The notes beneath the pieces were generated by a model, which was not told the origin of the DNA, did not search any database, and was given only the letters and a program-made list of their open reading frames with translations. Shown here one piece after another: positions 58,200 to 64,000 of a stretch of DNA of 64,000 bases; position 1 is the first letter of the stretch, and each line of letters opens with the position of its first letter. The stretch lies in the NCBI GenBank assembly GCA_051530055.1, contig CM121341.1:18206784-18270783 (forward strand). Reading direction: 5' to 3'. Both the position numbers and the translations under genes were made by a program. Origin of the DNA: Neoechinorhynchus agilis (taxonomy: Eukaryota > Animalia > Acanthocephala).

Positions 58200-60060
58200 T
58201 GACACTTTTCTATTATTTTTAGCGGAACAACAACTCACACCCCACACACAACCTACGGGCGAACACGCAAATCAATACTGACGTTGTTGACGTCAACTTC
58301 ATCGCTACCATCTCCTCCCTACTTTTAAAAAGTCGTCATACGGTCTTTTCGGAGGTCTCCTTACTCTCTTGCCCCTTCTTAATCAAACCACCTCTTCCAT
58401 CGTTTCGGTATTCTCGTCCTTGTCGGGAACCGATGGTTGTATCGCGGATTGACCAGTAATTTCCTCCTCTCTAGACTGCGGCATATCCTCGGCTACGTCA
58501 TTCAATACTGCTGATCCTTCTTATCCGTGATCTTCCTCCTTGTTCGAAACTCCCGTCGTTCCCAAATCGTCATTCTCCTTTCGATCTCGGACCAAATTTC
58601 CATGCGTCCTCTTGCATCTTCCATCCTCGTCCTCTGCATTGTACGATACCGGGCCGTTCTGTTTTCTTACCGCTCCTCGCTTCCATTTGCTGTCCAGATC
58701 TCTCTTAAACCAAACATCCTGGCCTTCCTGAAATTTCCGTTTCTCGATTTCAGCCTGCTTCTCAGCCGCGTACTCATCGATTCGCTCCTCGTCCTCGTTA
58801 TCAGGCATTATCAGGTCTAGAACTCCTCTAAATCTTCTCCCCATCATTGCCGCAGCAGGTGCTACCCCAGTAGACGAGTGAAGTGTATTACGATAGGCGA
58901 AAAGGAAATCGTTGAGATCTTCTCGTGTGGTCCGCCCATCCATGGTCATAGAATGTGCCTTGAACGTGCGAACCACGCGCTCAGCCAGAACGTTCGTTTG
59001 GATGCACTATCCCACGCTGGCGGCAAAATTGATGGAATTCGGAAGAGATGAATTGAGGTCCATTATCCGTCACGATGCTTTGTGGTATTCCAAATCGCGA
59101 GAAGGTTTCTCCTAGCCTTACTAATATCGTGGTCGTCGTTGCTTCTTTGCCCAAACTAAAACTCTCGGGCAATTTAGTTGTCGCGTCTACGATTATGAGA
59201 AACATCTCCCACTTGACCGGACCTGCCAGATCCATATGAAGTCGACCCCATTTCGTTTTTGGTACGTTCTATTGACCACTTGACGAATTTCCTTTTCTAA
59301 TTCTGGCCACCATACCACATACCGGGCCAACGCTTTCATTCCTTCCACTCCGGGGTGACCTCTATGCAACGTCTCGGTCACATGCTGTCGTAATTGCTTG
59401 GGCACAACGATCCTTTCGTTCAGCATACAATTTCTATTCTCGTAGGATAACTCGTCTTTTCGTCTCGCATAAGCTATGAAACGTCCATCCACCTTTTTCG
59501 GCCATCCGTCCCTCTGATATGATATCACTCGCGACAAATCCGGATCTCCTGATGTGAAATCCGCAAAGGTATTAGGAGTCATCTCACAAATCCTTGACTT
59601 TTCTTCATGCAACCAAGGGACTGTACTTTCATTCTCGCTTGGTTCTATTGAAATCGACGACACGGGTAAACGCGATAGGCAATCCGCGTGAACATTATCG
59701 CTTCACCTTGTAATCGACCTCTCCCAATAGCAGAGCCCACCTTACCACTCGACTGTTCGGCATTTTGGTCAGATCACGATCAACACCCAGAATATATTTT
59801 AGCAGCTTATGATCCGTCTGTATGGTGAACCGACCTCCGCATAAACGTTGTCAATGGTAGCGTAATTCTGCTCTGCTTTCTGTAATTCACGTGAAGCGTA
59901 CATGACGGGTTTTCTTCGACCGTCCGGCAGCACATGGTACAATACAGCGCCCACTCCGATATCGCTTGCATAGCAAGCCAGCTGTAAACTCCTGGCATCC
60001 TGCAGCGTCTCCTTCAATCTGAGAAATACCTCTTGCTGTCTCTTAGGCCACACCCATTTC
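58200..60060 (-). mobile_element. Ty3/Gypsy pol remnant (RNase H, integrase) with PPT and short 3' LTR
   Basis: LACYASDIGVGAVL, LHRGHPGVEGMK, MDLAGP, GIPQSIVTDNGPQF, HSSTGVAPA; PPT aaaagtagggaggaga, then TG...CA at ~58311-58200. Confidence 0.85.
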
Positions 60061-60064
60061 GCAT

Positions 60065-62200
60065 TATATAAACACGTTTTTATTTATGTAAAAAATACAG
60101 GATCCACACACTTGCCAGCATCTATCTTTGCTAAACGGTGTACGGATGACGGATGTTAAAGGCAAGGGAGGTGGGACTGGTTTTTGAAGGGGTGTTGATG
60201 TGGGATCGGAGGCTTTGTAAAGGAGATGACCGATTAGGAGTCTTTCCTTGTTCTCCGATTATTAAGGAAAGATTGGGCTTGGGGGAAGAAAAATTTTTGG
60301 TAGACGGTGGTACGAGCGAGGGGAGGAATGAAAAAGGTCGGGGTTGCGGGTGTTTACGAAGGAAGAGTATTTAGAGATGAAAGAAGAAAATTGTGGAGGA
60401 GGTTGAAGAAGACGGAGGGCGTTTTTGGAGAAAATGGAGATGAGGTGGGCGTCGAGGGGAGGAGTGAAGCCCCGCATATTCTAGCTGCGCTCTTGTGGAA
60501 GGTCCCGAGGGAATGGAGAGCATTGACGGAGAGGGCGAGGAAAGTGGGGAAAGCGTATGTAAGGATAGGAAGGATGGCAGAAAGATAAAAGTGGGCAAGG
60601 TGCTTAGGGGCTACGCCGAGACGCCGGAGGAGTTTGAGCAGGTAAAGACGAGGATTTGCTTTAGAGAGTGTAAATGAAATGTGAGCAGCCCATTTAAGGT
60701 TTTCTTGGTAAGTCAGGCCCAGTATTCGGAGAGAAGAGGAGCGTTGGATGGGGAGAGGGAGAGGCGCGGGGATAAGATTGCGTTTAGAAATGTGCGGGAC
60801 AATCTCAAAAGATTTGGACAAGTTTAGGGAAAGGTTTAGGGTGGAGAGCGAGCAAATGAGATGGTTGATCTCGTCCATGGTTGTAGAGAGGGAGATGCGA
60901 TGGTAATGACTGTGATGTCATCTGCATAAAGAAAATATTTGGTAGAGGGAGCGATGGGATAGAGGTCATTTAGAAAAATGTCAAAGAGGAGAGGGGAATG
61001 TACGGCGCCTTGCGGGACCCCTATAAATATGGGCAAAGAGGAAGAACATGAAGTTCCACATTGGATATATTGTTCGCGGTTGGAGAGGAAAGAGGAAATC
61101 CGAGCAAGTTGCAAAGTTAAGAGGCCAAAGGAAGCACATGATGGGAGGGGAAGGGAGTGATCTAGCGACTCGAACGCCCGGGAAATATCCAGTTACACGA
61201 GGCGGGCGGTTGATGCTGGACTGGAATCTAAGCTGCGCACAAGCGTATCGTAAATGCAGAGGAGAGCATCAGAACAAGAGTAATTGGGACGGAAAGCGAA
61301 TTGGGAAGGGGAGATATTTTTGAGGAAGAAGGGAAGTAGGCGGGTTTTAAAACATTTTTCTAAGATTTTAGAGAAAGGTGAGAGGATAGAGATGGGACGA
61401 AAGGATGTGGGGGAAATCCGTTTATTGTTTTTGGGTAGGGGGACGACACGGGCTTCCTTAAGACACGATGGGAAAGAGCCCAGTAGAAAGCTAAGGTTCG
61501 TTACGAATGGCCCAATTAGGGATAGTCGAATTAGGGGAAGAATGGCGGGGCAGGCGCTTAAGGATCTCTAGGATTTCGAGGGGGGAAACTAAAGAAGGGC
61601 ATGTATGAATGGGCGGGTCAAAAAGTGAGGAGGGAGATTGGGACAATGGATGCGAGGTTAGGGGAGGACAGAGGTTTTTATTCATGGAGTTAAGGATTGA
61701 GAGGAGATCAGATTTGGGGAGAGATGCGAAGGGGGTGGATTTACCAAGACCAGTGACATTTTTTATTCCACGCCACCAGTTTCGATTGGGAACGGACGAG
61801 AGACGAGATGAGAAAAATAATTTGCGGGCTATACGGATGCGTTTTGTCAGTGTGGAGTGGAGGGGAGGGGTAAGCAGGATTACCTGACAGGAAAGATTTG
61901 GTGACCTGGATTTGAAGGGTTTTTAAAAAAGGCGAAAACGATGGAGGGTCGCCGTTCGAGGTTATTATTATTTTGCGAGGAAAGGAGGTCTTCATCGCAG
62001 ATTCTATTAATTTAACAAAGAGCCCATTGCAATCGAGGGGTGGGTACCAAAGATGGTAGAGCGGTTTTGCGTGATAATAGAATTGACACATGGAGCAAAG
62101 GCGTGGGTATGATGATCACGCTTATCCCAGACAACGTCGGGTTCGGAAAAGGAACGTTTTTGAGATGATGGGGGGGGGAGAGAAGGATGGAACAATGGTC
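60065..62200 (-). mobile_element. CR1/L2-like LINE, longest copy of the family
   Basis: Same 3' UTR; RT GVPQGAVHSPLLFDIF and LYADDIT; upstream region homologous to 46386-46900. Confidence 0.88.
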
Positions 62201-62219
62201 TAGAACCTTTTGCTTCTTT

Positions 62220-62279
62220 GAACTTCTTGCTCCTCTTCTGAACTTCTTGCTCCTCTTCTGAACCTCTTGCTCCTCTTCT
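62220..62279. repeat. Three tandem copies of a 20-nt unit
   Basis: (gaacttcttgctcctcttct)x3, the last copy with one substitution. Confidence 0.9.
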
Positions 62280-62529
62280 CTGCCCATATTTAAAGGGGTC
62301 TCCCAAGGTGCCGTACTTTCCCCTCTCTTTGACATTTTTCTAAATGACCTTCATCCCTTCACTCCCCCCACCAAATATTTTCCCTATGCCGATGACTTCA
62401 CAGTCATTACCATCGCATCTCTCTCTCAGCTATTGTCAAGGTTACGTAGAAGCGTGTCATAAATGCAAAGTAGGGCATCAGTTGCAGAAAATCTGGGTCG
62501 GAAGCCTGGAGGTCGGAGCTCTACTCACG

Positions 62530-64000
62530 ATCGCGTTAATTTCGGCATGTCTAGACGACCGTCCGGCTGACCGAGTGCATGATAGTGAATGTAATCTTTT
62601 GGCGTCTACTTGCCAGCCGGAGCGACATTCGTGTGGGAAGCAGATGGGCACCCAATTACAAAGAGAAAGCTATCCGGAATTTTTCGTTGTCCAAAAGTCC
62701 CCAACTTTTCGGCCGGGATAGCTAAAAGCCAGGCGCCGGACTCCTTCGTAGAGCAAGCTATGAGTCGCGAACGTGACCTCTCCTTCAGTTGGTCTAGAAG
62801 TAATCTGTGAACCTTCTGCACGATCGATGAGTCCTACGATGACTGCTTTTGGCACTTCTGGGGTATTGTGGCTTGCCCTACTTTAGAGGTCCACAAGGAG
62901 AGAGCATTATTAAAATGCTCTTCGTTGGACTCAGGATAGATCTTAAGGGAGTTCTCTCGACTAGGCGAAACCGGGGAAAGAAGGGCCGGCAATGCGACGT
63001 CTTCCATGAGTCGGAGTCCTGAACCTCCGTAGTTGGAGGGTAACGCCACTTGTTTCCACGAGGAATGGTCGAAATCGATATTGACGATTTGGCTGAGCTT
63101 ATTCCGAAGAAGATCATCCAGACTCGATGGATTATCCTTGCACGCGAAGGCGGGTGCAGATCTCAGTCTGTGCAAAAACTTTGGGATGTAGAGGCAATTT
63201 TCAATAAAAATAGGCATCGTGAGACTTTAACTCTGAACATCTCTCACACAGCAAACTCAGTACGTCCTTCGGAACATTCTCCTTGAAAACGCATGAACCC
63301 AGGAGACTGAAGTCACAAATGTTGATTGGTTTGCTAGTGTACTTTCGAGCTTTCGGTTTCGTCCATGTTCAGGAGTAGCAATTCACACTTTGAGCTGTTC
63401 AACTCGAGGCCTATCTTGGAGCTGATCTCGATGATGCGGTTAAGATCACCCAGAACAGAGAGAGGGTCGCCTCCCAGGATGCCGTCGTTCAGGTACCAAG
63501 CGTTGAAGTTCGATTTTAGTGACCTCACCAATGGATTGATTGCAATGGTGAAGCCTATCGGACCGAGAGGGTCACCCTGCTGCACGGATTACAAATCAGT
63601 GGTGAAGGGGTGCCGTAGGCTGTGAAGAAATATTGTAGAGCCTGTGGGATGTGCATTTTAACATCGTCAAGTAGGGCATTCCGTTCCAGGGAATTGAATT
63701 CAAGACTACGCATCGATCCGTCGACGTTTCAACGAAGTTCCTTATGGCGTGAACGATTGTTTCGGCTCCACAAGGAGAGCAACAGCCGAGCTGCGCTGAG
63801 AGGAGTAGGCAGCCAACAGTGGAAGAAACCCTTTTCGAAACGATTTTGGCCACTAAACGCCTGAAAGTATTGCCAACAGCGATGGGACGGGTGCCACCCT
63901 TTCTTTTCGTTAGGGCTTAAATGGAGGCAGAGAATAGAAGCTGAGTAGGAAACGATCCTAGATTGTGGTTACCCACTTCCCGAAATATACCATTCGAGAT
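62530..64000 (-). mobile_element. CRE-like non-LTR retrotransposon RT (continues beyond the window)
   Basis: RPIAVG, GCCSPCGAETIVHAIR, QQGDPLGP, WYLNDG, GLELNSSKCE, YGGSGLR, SGAWLLAIP; frameshifted. Confidence 0.85.

Noticed and set aside
62220-62279. CRISPR-like array
   Set aside because: The repeats are contiguous without spacers and derive from LINE coding sequence; eukaryotic context.

Overview
Compact, AT-rich eukaryotic (metazoan-like) genomic DNA. It uses the standard genetic code (real genes end in TAA, TAG or TGA) and has mostly short, ~40-60 nt GT-AG introns; the organism cannot be identified from the sequence. Recognisable host genes: cytochrome c, MCTS1, a DIDO1/PHF3-type PHD-BRK-TFIIS-SPOC protein, an A4GALT-like glycosyltransferase, syntaxin 5, SNRNP27, a MYST acetyltransferase (KAT8-like), RRP36, a double alpha-crystallin small HSP, a Pmp3-family peptide and GTF3C1. 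There are also two SMC5 fragments and an orphan gene duplicated as an inverted repeat. A large part of the window is decayed mobile DNA (Ty3/Gypsy; CR1/L2-like, RTE, CRE-like and L1/Tx1-like LINEs; Penelope; mariner; MITEs). Two signals stand out. (1) A tandemly repeated, tRNA-headed (Pol III) element carries a complete hammerhead ribozyme core whose three strands are in a non-circularly permuted order (8585-8654 and 27591-27655, minus strand). (2) Several conserved genes have junctions that canonical splicing fits poorly or not at all: a homology-forced AT-AG intron with end-to-end pairing in the MYST gene, two more AT-AG candidates in GTF3C1, a hairpin segment in DIDO1 and a GT-AA/TG candidate in the glycosyltransferase. 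All alignments, exon models and folds were done by eye; mobile-element boundaries are approximate.
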